Source: Victivallales bacterium (GTDB lineage: Bacteria > Verrucomicrobiota > Lentisphaeria > Victivallales > UBA1829). Taken from it: a stretch of 64,000 bases of DNA. Every line of letters starts with the position of its first letter. Within the stretch, counting starts at the first letter, position 1. A program made the translations under genes and the position numbers. The notes below the pieces were generated by a model. The model was not told the DNA's origin and made no database searches. It worked only from the letters and a program-made list of their open reading frames with translations. The stretch spans positions 2,386 through 66,385 of the forward strand of contig JAZKZE010000030.1 in the NCBI GenBank assembly GCA_045612485.1. Direction: 5' to 3'. Positions 1 through 9,688 of the stretch are shown in pieces.

Positions 1-1
1 T

Positions 2-643
2 ATTACCCAGGGGACTGCATTGCGGATGCCTGCGGGAAGGATCATGCGCTGGCTTACCATTGCTTCTGCCGGAAGTTTCCGTTTGTGGCCCTTTCCTCCG
101 GAAATCGCTGTCATCCAGCCGCAGAATGCCACATGGAAACACTATGAGGAAACCGATCTGACCTGCGGTATTCTTGCATCCATGACGGGGGTATTGGGTT
201 TTTCCGGAGATTTTGCCAGTCTGAAAGACGAAACGCTTTCCGCAATCCGGGAAGTCACGGAGTTTTACAAAGAATATAAAGAGGTCTTCCAGAATGGGGA
301 AATGACACTTCTCACCCCGCCGGACAGTATAGATCACCGTCACGGCTTCATTTCTTTCCTTGTTTCGCACCGGGAAAGCGGAAAACATTTTCTTTTCCTT
401 TTCTACCGTAACTGCGATGGCGCAAGCCGCATGATCCTGCAAATGCCTGCCTGCGCTTCCGCAAACGGACTGAAAAAGGATTCTCTTTATAATGTCGTCC
501 CCCTGTTCGGCAATCAGGAAAGTGCCGCACCCTTCACTGCAACAGGGGAAGACCTTGCCGCAGACGGTATTGAAATACCCCTTCATGTGGAACAGCATGG
601 GGATTTCAAAGGTTGTCTCTGGCAGATCACAGAAGCCGAGTAA
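2..643 (+). CDS. Alpha-galactosidase (GH36-like), C-terminal part; 5' end lies before the window
   Basis: Frame is open from base 2 (ITQGTALRMP...). ITQGT and ASMTGVLGFSGD plus a C-terminal beta-sandwich (TGEDLAADGI) resemble GH36 C-termini. TAA at 641-643. Confidence 0.6.
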   Translation: MTQGTALRMPAGRIMRWLTIASAGSFRLWPFPPEIAVIQPQNATWKHYEETDLTCGILASMTGVLGFSGDFASLKDETLSAIREVTEFYKEYKEVFQNGEMTLLTPPDSIDHRHGFISFLVSHRESGKHFLFLFYRNCDGASRMILQMPACASANGLKKDSLYNVVPLFGNQESAAPFTATGEDLAADGIEIPLHVEQHGDFKGCLWQITEAE

Positions 644-751
644 AAAAACAACATTCGACCGGAAAGGATGATTGCCATTGATTTGAAATATTGCAAAAAT
701 GTGATAAAATGTTATTTTTAAACAAAAAATATAAAAAAAGGAAATAAATCA

Positions 752-2134
752 ATGCTTTTTTGTTCGTATATATTTATTTTTATGTTTCTGCCTCTCTCAG
801 TGGCGGGATATTTTCTTCTGAACAGATGCAGCCGTACCGCCGGGAGAGTATGGCTTCTTGCTGCATCGCTGTTCTTTTACGGGTATTTCAATATATATTA
901 TCTTTTTCTCCTGATTGGATCCCTTGTATTGAATTACACGTTGGGACATATTCTCTGCACTAAAAGGAGCAAATTTCTTCTGGCTCTGGGGATCGCCGCC
1001 AATATTTTTATATTGGGGTATTGCAAATATTATGATTTTTTTGTAAGCAACATCAATTTTCTTTTCGGAACGGATCTTCTTCTGAAAAACCTTCTTCTGC
1101 CGTTGGGGATAAGTTTCTTTACCTTTCAGCAGATCTCTTATCTTTATGATGTGTATGACCGGGTCCTGACGGAAAAATATTCCCCACTGACCTATTCATT
1201 GTTCGTTACATTTTTCCCCCAGCTGGTTGCCGGGCCCATTGTGCTTGCCAATGAGATGATGCCCCAGTTTGCCGAAGAAAAGAATCTGAAAGTCAATTAC
1301 TCCAATCTTGCCTGCGGAATTTTCATCTTTTCCCTGGGGCTTGCCAAAAAGATGCTTCTTGCGGATTTTCTTGCTCCGGTGGCAGACAGGACTTTTGCGA
1401 TGAGTACGCCGGGATTTGCCGATTCTCTTGTTGGTTCATTGGCCTATTTCCTTCAGATCTATTTTGATTTCAGCGGATATTGTGATATGGCGATCGGGAT
1501 CGGATATATGTTCAATATTGTCCTTCCGGTAAACTTTTATGCTCCTTACCGCTCTGCCAATATCCAGGAATTCTGGAAAACCTGGCATATCACCCTGGGG
1601 AGATTTCTTACCCAGTTTGTTTATTTTCCTCTGGGTGGAAGCAAGAAAGGAAGACTGCGTACCTATATAAATCTTTTTATGGTATTTTTTGTCAGCGGGA
1701 TCTGGCACGGGGCAAGCTGGATGTATGTGATCTGGGGGATGGTGCATGGGATCGCGGTAATGGTACACCGTTTCTGGAGCAAGGATCTGAAAAAGACCAT
1801 GCCCCGGTATGCCGGATTCATTCTTACCTTCCTTTTTCTCTGGCTGAGTGTGATCATATTCCGGTCGGAAAATCTTGCTGTGGCAAAAAGAGTTTATTGC
1901 GGGTTCTTCCGTTTCCGGACAAATGATTTTATTGCATTTGCCGATTCTTTCAGCCGCAACGATCTTCTGCTTTTTATTGTATCCTTTCTGATTATTTTCC
2001 TTCTGCCACCGGCAAATTCATTTCAGAAAAATTTCAAACCGGTGGTATGGCATCTTGCTGTTTCGCTGATCCTGCTTGTATGCAGTATTTTCTGTTTTAA
2101 TAAAATATCACCTTTTATTTATTTCAATTTTTGA
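752..2134 (+). CDS. MBOAT family membrane O-acyltransferase (AlgI/DltB-like)
   Basis: Hydrophobic 460 aa. Motifs LPLGISFFTFQ, FFPQLVAGPI, YFDFSGYCDMAIG, FWKTWHITL and SGIWHGA (catalytic His). Confidence 0.93.
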   Translation: MLFCSYIFIFMFLPLSVAGYFLLNRCSRTAGRVWLLAASLFFYGYFNIYYLFLLIGSLVLNYTLGHILCTKRSKFLLALGIAANIFILGYCKYYDFFVSNINFLFGTDLLLKNLLLPLGISFFTFQQISYLYDVYDRVLTEKYSPLTYSLFVTFFPQLVAGPIVLANEMMPQFAEEKNLKVNYSNLACGIFIFSLGLAKKMLLADFLAPVADRTFAMSTPGFADSLVGSLAYFLQIYFDFSGYCDMAIGIGYMFNIVLPVNFYAPYRSANIQEFWKTWHITLGRFLTQFVYFPLGGSKKGRLRTYINLFMVFFVSGIWHGASWMYVIWGMVHGIAVMVHRFWSKDLKKTMPRYAGFILTFLFLWLSVIIFRSENLAVAKRVYCGFFRFRTNDFIAFADSFSRNDLLLFIVSFLIIFLLPPANSFQKNFKPVVWHLAVSLILLVCSIFCFNKISPFIYFNF

Positions 2135-2149
2135 TGAACGGGGGCGGCA

Positions 2150-3322
2150 ATGAAAGAATTTTTTATAAAGAATTTTGAAAAAGTAAAAGAATTTGCAATG
2201 AAAGCAGCCGGGAAGATCCTTCCTGTGGTAAATCATTCCTTGAGTGCGGAAAAGTTCTGTAAATATTTTTTCTGCATTTTTGCAGGTTTCGTTGTTTTCT
2301 TCACCCTCCTTGTATTCTGGCTGGATCCCTATGTTTATTATCACAAAGCCTTCGGGGTGCGTCAGGTCTATGATTTGAGATCGGTAGCAGTCATTCCCGG
2401 AATATTGCGGCATTTTGATTATGATTGTATGCTGGTTGGCAGTTCCATGACACAGAATTTCCATATAGACAGGATCAATTCCGCTTTGAAGGTGAACTGC
2501 ATCAAGGCAACCTCTGCCGGACTTACCGGAAGTACACTTAATGAATATCTGAAGAAAGCTCTTTCTGTGAAGAAAGGAAAGCTGAAGCGGGTTCTTATCG
2601 GGATGGATTTTTTTGCTTTGACCCAGGATAAACTTCAGCTTTGGGAGCCGTATCATTATCTTTACAAGGACACATTCTTTCCGCCGGAATATTTTTATTC
2701 TGCCGATACCCTTGAAGCTGTATGGAAGGTCATCCGGGTGAATATTGCCTATCCGTTCAGTCAGAAAATGCGGGATGAAGCCTGCTATAATACCATGTTC
2801 TGCAATCAACGCAACAGGCATAAATACGGCCGCAGGTATATAGAAGATTATGTAAGAAGAATGACCAGTTACCCTATGGGCAATCCGGTGATTTTCCGTA
2901 AAAGTCTGGATACTTATGTTCTGAAACACGTCCGGGAAAATCCGGAAGTGAGATTTGATCTTTTTCTGCCGCCGTACAGCGTTTATCTGTGGTGTACTCT
3001 TGATGAAGCAAATTTTCTGGATATGTTCTGCAATGACCGCAATTATCTTGCCGGGATCGTCGGAAAATATCCCAATATCGTTTTGCATGATTTCCATGCA
3101 GTGGAGGAGATCTCCTGTAATCTGGATCTTTATAAAGATGTCACCCACTATTCTCCGGCAGTTAATGATATGATCCTTGAGGGGATCGCCTCCGGAAAAT
3201 ATGTTTTCAAAGGGAAGGCTTTTACTGAAAGAACAGAGAAACTTAAAAAACTCACTGCAAAGTACCGGCCCGAATTTGACTCTTTACGCGTGGAAATCAA
3301 AAAGAAACTTGCGAAAAAATAA
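2150..3322 (+). CDS. Membrane-anchored SGNH-like partner of the MBOAT (AlgJ/DltD-like role)
   Basis: N-terminal TM segment, GSS motif (LVGSSMTQNF) and DxxH (DVTHY). Starts 15 bp after the MBOAT gene. Confidence 0.6.
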   Translation: MKEFFIKNFEKVKEFAMKAAGKILPVVNHSLSAEKFCKYFFCIFAGFVVFFTLLVFWLDPYVYYHKAFGVRQVYDLRSVAVIPGILRHFDYDCMLVGSSMTQNFHIDRINSALKVNCIKATSAGLTGSTLNEYLKKALSVKKGKLKRVLIGMDFFALTQDKLQLWEPYHYLYKDTFFPPEYFYSADTLEAVWKVIRVNIAYPFSQKMRDEACYNTMFCNQRNRHKYGRRYIEDYVRRMTSYPMGNPVIFRKSLDTYVLKHVRENPEVRFDLFLPPYSVYLWCTLDEANFLDMFCNDRNYLAGIVGKYPNIVLHDFHAVEEISCNLDLYKDVTHYSPAVNDMILEGIASGKYVFKGKAFTERTEKLKKLTAKYRPEFDSLRVEIKKKLAKK

Positions 3323-3366
3323 AAAAGGCAGCAGAGGGGTTCTGCAATATCTTTCCTGCCGGAATT

Positions 3367-4074
3367 TTATTGCAGAAGAGCCATTTCCTCTTTGGTAAGT
3401 TCCCTGCATTTTCCCGGGGGAAGTGTTTCATCAAGGAAAAGTTTCCCTATGGCGACCCTTTTGAGGAAAAGAACATTTTTACCCACTTTTTCACACATTC
3501 TTTTCACCTGATGAAATTTGCCTTCCGAGATCTCTATAAAGACTTTCCGGGGATCTTCCGTTATTTCAAGAACGGCACTTTTTGCACTGAAATCCCCCAA
3601 ATCCATTCCGGAGGCAAATTTTTCCATATCCTCTTTTTCCGCAGGGATATCCAGTATTGCAAAATAGCGTTTTTTTACCTCTTTACGGGGGGACATCAGG
3701 GCGTGGTCGAATTGTCCATCATTGGTGAGAAGGAGCAGTCCTTCCGTATCTTTATCCAGTCTGCCTACCGGAAAGACTTTGTAGTGCTGTAATTCCTCCG
3801 GGACAAGTTCTGTGACTACCGGATCATGATCATCTTCTGTGGCACTTAAATACCCTTGCGGTTTGTTCAGCATAAGATAAACATATTTGCGGTAGGGGAT
3901 AAGAACGCCTTTTACAGTGATGACGGAATTTTCATCCACTTTTTCATCCGGACTTTTCACACATCTTCCGTCAGCAATGATCCTGTTTGTTTTTGCCAGC
4001 AATCTGATTTCCCTGCGGCTGTAGGAACTGGATTCGGAAAGAAATTTATCCAAACGCATTTTTGCCATATTCAT
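3367..4074 (-). CDS. rsuA: 16S rRNA pseudouridine synthase, RsuA family
   Basis: S4 domain start (MRLDKFLS), LNKPQGY, PVGRLDKDTEGLLLLTNDG, EGKFHQVKRM. Confidence 0.9.
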   Translation of the reverse strand: MNMAKMRLDKFLSESSSYSRREIRLLAKTNRIIADGRCVKSPDEKVDENSVITVKGVLIPYRKYVYLMLNKPQGYLSATEDDHDPVVTELVPEELQHYKVFPVGRLDKDTEGLLLLTNDGQFDHALMSPRKEVKKRYFAILDIPAEKEDMEKFASGMDLGDFSAKSAVLEITEDPRKVFIEISEGKFHQVKRMCEKVGKNVLFLKRVAIGKLFLDETLPPGKCRELTKEEMALLQ

Positions 4075-4178
4075 CCTTTCTTTACCTCATTACAATACAC
4101 TCTTTTTTCCATATTGCAAATCATGGCACCGGAAATCTTTTTTGAAAGGAATATTTTACTTTTTTCTCACTCTTTTGT

Positions 4179-4207
4179 TTGATTCTTTTCACAAAGTGTA
4201 TTATAAT
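4179..4207 (+). promoter_or_regulatory. Sigma70-type promoter for the amidohydrolase-GH2-cmk-nitroreductase run
   Basis: TTGATT (4179-4184), 17-bp spacer, TATAAT (4202-4207). AAGGAG lies before ATG 4252. Confidence 0.6.
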
Positions 4208-4251
4208 ATTATAATACAAAAAATTCAATACCTTGCAAGGAGCATTTTTTT

Positions 4252-5466
4252 ATGAATACCATTCTGGATCAGAAGATCGATTCTCTTGTTCAGGAGATCC
4301 TGCCTGCCATGAAGAATATCCGCCGTACCATCCATGCCAATCCGGAACTTTCCGGTGAGGAAGTGGAAACAAATTCCCTTATCCGTAATGAATTGGCGAA
4401 GATCGGTACTGTGCAGGTGCTTCCTCCTTTTATCGGAACGGATACTGTTGCTCTTCTTTACGGAAAAAAAGGCGGGGAAAACAGGTACAATGTAACTTTG
4501 CGGGCAGATATAGATGCTCTTCCCATGCAGGAAGAGTCCGGTGTGGAATATGCTTCAAAGATCCCCGGAAAAATGCATGGCTGCGGCCATGACGGGCATA
4601 CTGCCTGTGTGCTGGGGGCGGCCTTTGTGTTGTCCAGACTTACAGAAGAATTCAATGGGTCTGTAAGATTTGTTTTCCAGCCGGGGGAGGAACGGGGTGC
4701 ATTGGCAAGATTTCTTGTAGGGAAAGGAGCTTTGGAAAATCCTTCTCCGGATGCGGTTTATGCTCTGCATGCCCACTCTACTGTTCCTGTGGGAACGGTC
4801 AAGACGATGGCAGGAACTCTCATGTCCGGGATCACCTGCTTTAAAATCACTCTGGAAGGGATGAGTTCCATCCGCAGCGAGCCGGAAAAAGCGGTGGATG
4901 CGGTTATTGCTACCGCAAACCTTATTACACAGATGAATACTCTTATCAGCAATAAAGTTTCCCCCCTTGACAGTGCCATCATCGACTTTGCAAAAGTTGA
5001 AGCATTCAATCCAGCCGGGGATGCCGCCGGAAAAGGGGTTCTCTCTGGTCATATCCGTTATCTCAAAAATTCCACAGGAGAAACTTTACGCAACAGTATT
5101 TCCTCCATTGTAAAAGGTCTGGAAGTTTCCATGGGAGTAAAGGGAACATGTGAATTTGAGGAGGAGTACCGTACAAGTACCAATGCAGAAAGCTGTGTGG
5201 AACTTTTGAAACGTATCACCATTGGTAAATACGGGGAAAAGATGTTCCAGTATATGCCCCAGCCTTCCATGGGCAGCGAGGATTTCTGTTATTTTCTGGA
5301 AAAAGCCCCCGGCGCATTTTTCAATCTGGGGGGAGGGGTGGATAAAGCCTATTGTCACAACCCCAAGTTTGACTTTAATGATGATTCTCTTGTCTATGGC
5401 ATTACCTTAATGGTGCATCTTGCTCTGGAAACATTGCAGGAACTGGAAGTGGGAAAGAAATTTTAA
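4252..5466 (+). CDS. M20D family amidohydrolase
   Basis: HANPELSGEE, LRADIDALP, MHGCGHDGH, FQPGEE, MGSEDF, HNPKFD. Confidence 0.92.
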   Translation: MNTILDQKIDSLVQEILPAMKNIRRTIHANPELSGEEVETNSLIRNELAKIGTVQVLPPFIGTDTVALLYGKKGGENRYNVTLRADIDALPMQEESGVEYASKIPGKMHGCGHDGHTACVLGAAFVLSRLTEEFNGSVRFVFQPGEERGALARFLVGKGALENPSPDAVYALHAHSTVPVGTVKTMAGTLMSGITCFKITLEGMSSIRSEPEKAVDAVIATANLITQMNTLISNKVSPLDSAIIDFAKVEAFNPAGDAAGKGVLSGHIRYLKNSTGETLRNSISSIVKGLEVSMGVKGTCEFEEEYRTSTNAESCVELLKRITIGKYGEKMFQYMPQPSMGSEDFCYFLEKAPGAFFNLGGGVDKAYCHNPKFDFNDDSLVYGITLMVHLALETLQELEVGKKF

Positions 5467-5484
5467 GAAAAAAAGGAAAGAAAC

Positions 5485-7809
5485 ATGTTTATTCAGAAAG
5501 ACCTTGATCATGCCTCCTGGCGTTTTATCCGCAAAGACCTTGCTCCGGAGAAAGCGGCTTCTTCCGATCTTAATGATGTGACCTGGGAGAAAATAAGTCT
5601 CCCCCATTGTGCTCATATCGAACCAGCCCTCTGCAACGATCAGTGGGAAGGCATTTGCTGGTACCGTCTGCCCATTATGGTGGAAAAAGAGTGGGGGGAA
5701 AAGATCATTTATCTTGAATTTGACGGGGTGATGCAGAAAAGTGAATTTTATATCAACGGGAAATATTATTTCACCCATGATGGCGGCTATCAGAGATTTA
5801 CTGTACCTTTGACCAATATGCTTAATGCCGGGAAAGAAAATCTCATTGCCATAAGAGTGGACAACCGTCCTTCCTGCAACTGCCCTCCCGGTCAGCCTTT
5901 GAAAAGTCTGGATTTCTGCTATTACAGCGGCATCTACCGGTCGGCAAGATTGACTGTAAAGGAAAAAATCCATATTTCTGATCCTCTGGAAGTAAATATA
6001 GAGGCGGGAGGCGGTATTTTTCTTCAGACAATGGAAGCAACGGAGGAAGCGGCAAAGATCCGCTGTTCCACCCATGTGATGCACTCTGTTCTTTATGGAG
6101 AGGTGTGGAACCTCCCCCAGAAAGCGGATACGGAAGTACCCTGTACTCTGGAAATACAGATGCTCAATGCCGATAAAATTCCTGTGATGAATAAAATCGT
6201 GATGACTGAAAGCATCCGCCCCAATATGGATCACACTTTCTGTACGGAATTTGAACTCAGGAATCCTTCTTTGTGGAGTCCGGATACCCCTTACCTTTAT
6301 ACGGTACGCTTTACCCTTATCCATGAGGGGAAAGTTCTGGAAACGCAGGAAGTGCGTTATGGCATACGCCTCATTGCTTTCACAAGGAAAGACGGCTGGC
6401 TCATCAATGGGAAAAAGACGCCCATTCTGGGAACCAACCATCATCAGGATTTCCCCATGATCGGCAATGCTGCTCCTGCCACTATGCAGAGAAGAGATGC
6501 CATGATCATCAAAAAGGCGGGGTATAATCTTGTGCGTCTTGCCCATTACCCCCAGAGTCCTGCGTTTCTGGATGCCTGTGATGAACTGGGGATCTGTGTT
6601 ATGGCTCCCATTGCCGGATGGCAGTTTGCCAGTTACAATTCCACCTTCATCAATAATGTCCTGCGGGATTGCCGGGAACTTATCCGCAATGAAAGAAACC
6701 GCCCCTGCGTGGCTCTGTGGGAAGTATCCCTCAATGAAACCTATCCCAATGCCTGGCTTCAGGAGGAGATGCACCGTATCGCCCACCGGGAATATCCCGG
6801 AAAACACTGTTACACCTGCGGGGATGTGTATGGATTGTATGAAGGCTGGGATGTGCTTTTCAACCGGACAAAACTCAACAACCGGGAAAAGCCGGTCATT
6901 GTGCGGGAATACGGCGACTGGGCATTCGGCGGCGGCAAAAGTACCTCCAGACGCACCCGTAAAGACGGTGAGTTCGATCTTCTGCGGCAGGCGTGGAACT
7001 ATCAGTGGTCTTTAAACAGAATGCCCACGGAAGATGGATATATCGGAGGCTGTACCTGGTGCATGTTTGACTATAATAACGGGTTCCGGGATCTGCTCTG
7101 CGAGTGCGGTGACGGCGATAATTTCCGTTATCCCAAATATAAATATTTCTTCTACATGAGTCAGGGCGCAAAAGACCCCATGGTCTATCTTGCCACAAGA
7201 CGGGAGTGGAAGGAAAAAACCATCGTATTTTCCAACTGTGAAGAAGTGGAGATCTTCCTTAACGGAAAAAGTGTGGCAAAACAGAAACCGGACGGCGGGG
7301 AAAATACCTCCTATCATACTACCGGCAACCCCAACTGGGAAACTGTTCTGCGCCCCTGGGAACTGGATGGACTTACTGTAGAGATCTTTAATGGCGGCAA
7401 CTGCGAAAATCTTGCGCATCCCCCTTTCACTTTTATGGGACTTCCCCGGGAGGACGGAGAGTTGAAAGCTGTGGGGTATGTGAATGGCAAGGCAGTGGCG
7501 GAACATATTGTGCGTACAGCAGAAAAGCCTGCAACTCTCAAGATCGAGGTACGGGAAGACGGAGTCCCTGTGACCGATGATGATATTGTTTTTGTGGATG
7601 TGTTCCTTACAGACAGAAACGGTACCATTGTCAGTAATAATGATTTGAAAGTAACTCTGGAAGCAAGCGGAAACGCTTTTGTTATCGGGGAAACAAAACG
7701 GCAGATGGAGGCGGGGATCGTTTCCTTTGTGCTGAAAGTAATGAAAAAAGAAGGCTTTGCCTTGAAAGCGAAGGGCGGGCGTTTTACTGCTCCTGAATGG
7801 ATAAAATAA
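5485..7809 (+). CDS. Glycoside hydrolase family 2 (beta-galactosidase-like), no signal peptide
   Basis: EFDGV, YSGIYR, WSPDTPYLY, VRLAHYPQ, acid/base WEVSLNE, nucleophile VREYG. Confidence 0.9.
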   Translation: MFIQKDLDHASWRFIRKDLAPEKAASSDLNDVTWEKISLPHCAHIEPALCNDQWEGICWYRLPIMVEKEWGEKIIYLEFDGVMQKSEFYINGKYYFTHDGGYQRFTVPLTNMLNAGKENLIAIRVDNRPSCNCPPGQPLKSLDFCYYSGIYRSARLTVKEKIHISDPLEVNIEAGGGIFLQTMEATEEAAKIRCSTHVMHSVLYGEVWNLPQKADTEVPCTLEIQMLNADKIPVMNKIVMTESIRPNMDHTFCTEFELRNPSLWSPDTPYLYTVRFTLIHEGKVLETQEVRYGIRLIAFTRKDGWLINGKKTPILGTNHHQDFPMIGNAAPATMQRRDAMIIKKAGYNLVRLAHYPQSPAFLDACDELGICVMAPIAGWQFASYNSTFINNVLRDCRELIRNERNRPCVALWEVSLNETYPNAWLQEEMHRIAHREYPGKHCYTCGDVYGLYEGWDVLFNRTKLNNREKPVIVREYGDWAFGGGKSTSRRTRKDGEFDLLRQAWNYQWSLNRMPTEDGYIGGCTWCMFDYNNGFRDLLCECGDGDNFRYPKYKYFFYMSQGAKDPMVYLATRREWKEKTIVFSNCEEVEIFLNGKSVAKQKPDGGENTSYHTTGNPNWETVLRPWELDGLTVEIFNGGNCENLAHPPFTFMGLPREDGELKAVGYVNGKAVAEHIVRTAEKPATLKIEVREDGVPVTDDDIVFVDVFLTDRNGTIVSNNDLKVTLEASGNAFVIGETKRQMEAGIVSFVLKVMKKEGFALKAKGGRFTAPEWIK

Positions 7810-7832
7810 CGGAAAAAGAGGAAAAAATAATC

Positions 7833-8918
7833 ATGGCAACCAACGTTATTGCGATCGACGGACCTGCCGCATCCGGGAAAAGCTCTGTGGCAAAAAGACT
7901 TGCGGCAAAATTGAATATCGTTTTTGTAAGTACGGGGGCATTGTACCGGGCTATTGCATGGAAAGCTATTAATACCGGTATTGATACGACAGTTCTGGAG
8001 GAAGATAAAGAGAAACTTTCTTCTCTTCTTTCTTCTACGGTTATCGCCTATGAAAAACCGGAGGGAACGGAGGATTTTCAGGTAAAAATAGATGGAGTCT
8101 TCCCCATGGAAAAACTGCATACCATGGAGGTTTCCGCCGGCGCAAGTAATGTGGCAAGGATCCCGGAAGTAAGAAAATTCCTTCTGGATTTCCAGCGGGA
8201 TTTTGCTGCAAAGGGCAACTGGATCGTTATGGAGGGACGGGACATTGGTACAGAGATCTTCCCGGATGCAAAATATAAATTTTTCCTTACTGCGGCTCCG
8301 GAGGCACGGGCAAAACGCCGTCTGATGCAGGATGGGGGAACTCCAACCGCAGAAGAGATCGCTAAAGTAGCGGAACAGATCGCCGCAAGGGATGAACAGG
8401 ATCGAAACCGTCCCGTCGCCCCGCTGAAGCAGGCGGAGGATGCCTATTTCCTTGATAACAGTGATCTGGATCTGGAAGAAACTCTTTCTGTTCTTTTGTT
8501 CCATATCGCTCCGGAAGACGGGGGGAAGGTGCCGACTGTATTGCGCTACCGCATCCCCTATGCGGATACAGACAATATGGGGGTGGTGTATTACGCCAAC
8601 TATTACAAGTTTTTTGAGATGTTCCGTACAGAATTTATGATCGATGCCGGATATCCCTATGCCAAAATGGAGGAAAAGGGGGTGGCGCTGCCTGTGATCG
8701 AATCCGGATGCAGTTATAAAAGTTCTGCAAAGTTTGAGGATGTTATTGAGGTGACAGGAAGGATCGCGGAATGTAAAGGGGTGAGGATCCGTATTGAATG
8801 TGAGATCCATTGCAGGGGAAAACTTCTGGCAACAGGGTTTACCGTTCACGCCTGTCTGGATATGAAAACAAGGAAATTGGTGAAAGTTCCCGCCATTCTT
8901 TCCGCTTTGATGAAATAA
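7833..8918 (+). CDS. cmk: Cytidylate kinase fused to a YbgC/FadM-type acyl-CoA thioesterase
   Basis: IAIDGPAASGKSSVAK, TGALYRA, MEGRDIGT, RDEQDRNR, then in frame YADTDNMGVVYYANY (hot-dog thioesterase). Start placed at ATG 7833 after GAGG. Confidence 0.9.
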   Translation: MATNVIAIDGPAASGKSSVAKRLAAKLNIVFVSTGALYRAIAWKAINTGIDTTVLEEDKEKLSSLLSSTVIAYEKPEGTEDFQVKIDGVFPMEKLHTMEVSAGASNVARIPEVRKFLLDFQRDFAAKGNWIVMEGRDIGTEIFPDAKYKFFLTAAPEARAKRRLMQDGGTPTAEEIAKVAEQIAARDEQDRNRPVAPLKQAEDAYFLDNSDLDLEETLSVLLFHIAPEDGGKVPTVLRYRIPYADTDNMGVVYYANYYKFFEMFRTEFMIDAGYPYAKMEEKGVALPVIESGCSYKSSAKFEDVIEVTGRIAECKGVRIRIECEIHCRGKLLATGFTVHACLDMKTRKLVKVPAILSALMK

Positions 8919-8919
8919 T

Positions 8920-9510
8920 ATGGTAGATCCGGAGAAAAATATGCAGTTTGATGAACTTTTGCAAAGACGTACGGTACGCCGTTTCCTTCAGAAAGAGATC
9001 CCGGAAGAAAGTATCCGGAAAATCATTGATGCGGCAAGAAGAAGTTCCTGTGCGAGAAACGCCCAGCGTTTACGCTATATTGCCGTTGTAAGCAAAGAAA
9101 AAGTGGATGCCATTTTCCCGCATACCGCTTATGCCGGAAGTGTGGCTCCCCGGAGAAATCCGGTTCCGGGGGAAACTTCCCCCACCGTTTTCATTGCAGT
9201 TTACGGAACGGAAGAACCCGACAACATGCTTTACGCTGATGCCGGAGCTGCCATACAGAGTATGGAATATGCTGCCTGGGAGGAAAATATCGGAAGCTGC
9301 TGGATCGGTTCTTTCAACAAAGAAAAAACAGCAGAGATCCTTGACTTGGAAAAAGAGAAACTTCTTTTCCTTGTTGCATTGGGATATAAAGGGGAAGAGC
9401 CTGTTCAGGATGAGATAACCCTTTCCGATTCTCCCAAATATTATCTTGATGAAAAGGATGTTCTTCATATTCCCAAATATACGGTGGACGCCATTACAAA
9501 GTTTGTCTGA
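8920..9510 (+). CDS. Nitroreductase family protein
   Basis: RRTVRRF, SSCARNAQ, DAGAAIQ, GSCWIG, ALGY. Confidence 0.88.
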   Translation: MVDPEKNMQFDELLQRRTVRRFLQKEIPEESIRKIIDAARRSSCARNAQRLRYIAVVSKEKVDAIFPHTAYAGSVAPRRNPVPGETSPTVFIAVYGTEEPDNMLYADAGAAIQSMEYAAWEENIGSCWIGSFNKEKTAEILDLEKEKLLFLVALGYKGEEPVQDEITLSDSPKYYLDEKDVLHIPKYTVDAITKFV

Positions 9511-9519
9511 AATGTTATA

Positions 9520-9641
9520 AAGGATTCGGTAAAGCAGTTTGAACAGAGATCGTTTTGCCGGATCTTATTTAACTAAAATTGGATAAATCTTGTATTTTAT
9601 CCGGCATTGATGCAGGAACTGTCCTGAAAAAGCAGTTCCTT
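9520..9641. terminator. Cluster of hairpins between convergent genes
   Basis: Imperfect IR AGGATTCGGTAAAGC/GTTTTGCCGGATCTT, a GGATAAA/TTTATCC stem, and AGGAACTG/CAGTTCCT (9614-9640). Confidence 0.4.
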
Positions 9642-9688
9642 ATTAAGGGAAGAGGCAGATGCCGTATTGTCCCGGTATATAACTGCAA

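Noticed and set aside
5407..8849. 466-aa and 511-aa minus-strand ORFs
   Set aside because: Shadows of GH2 and cmk.
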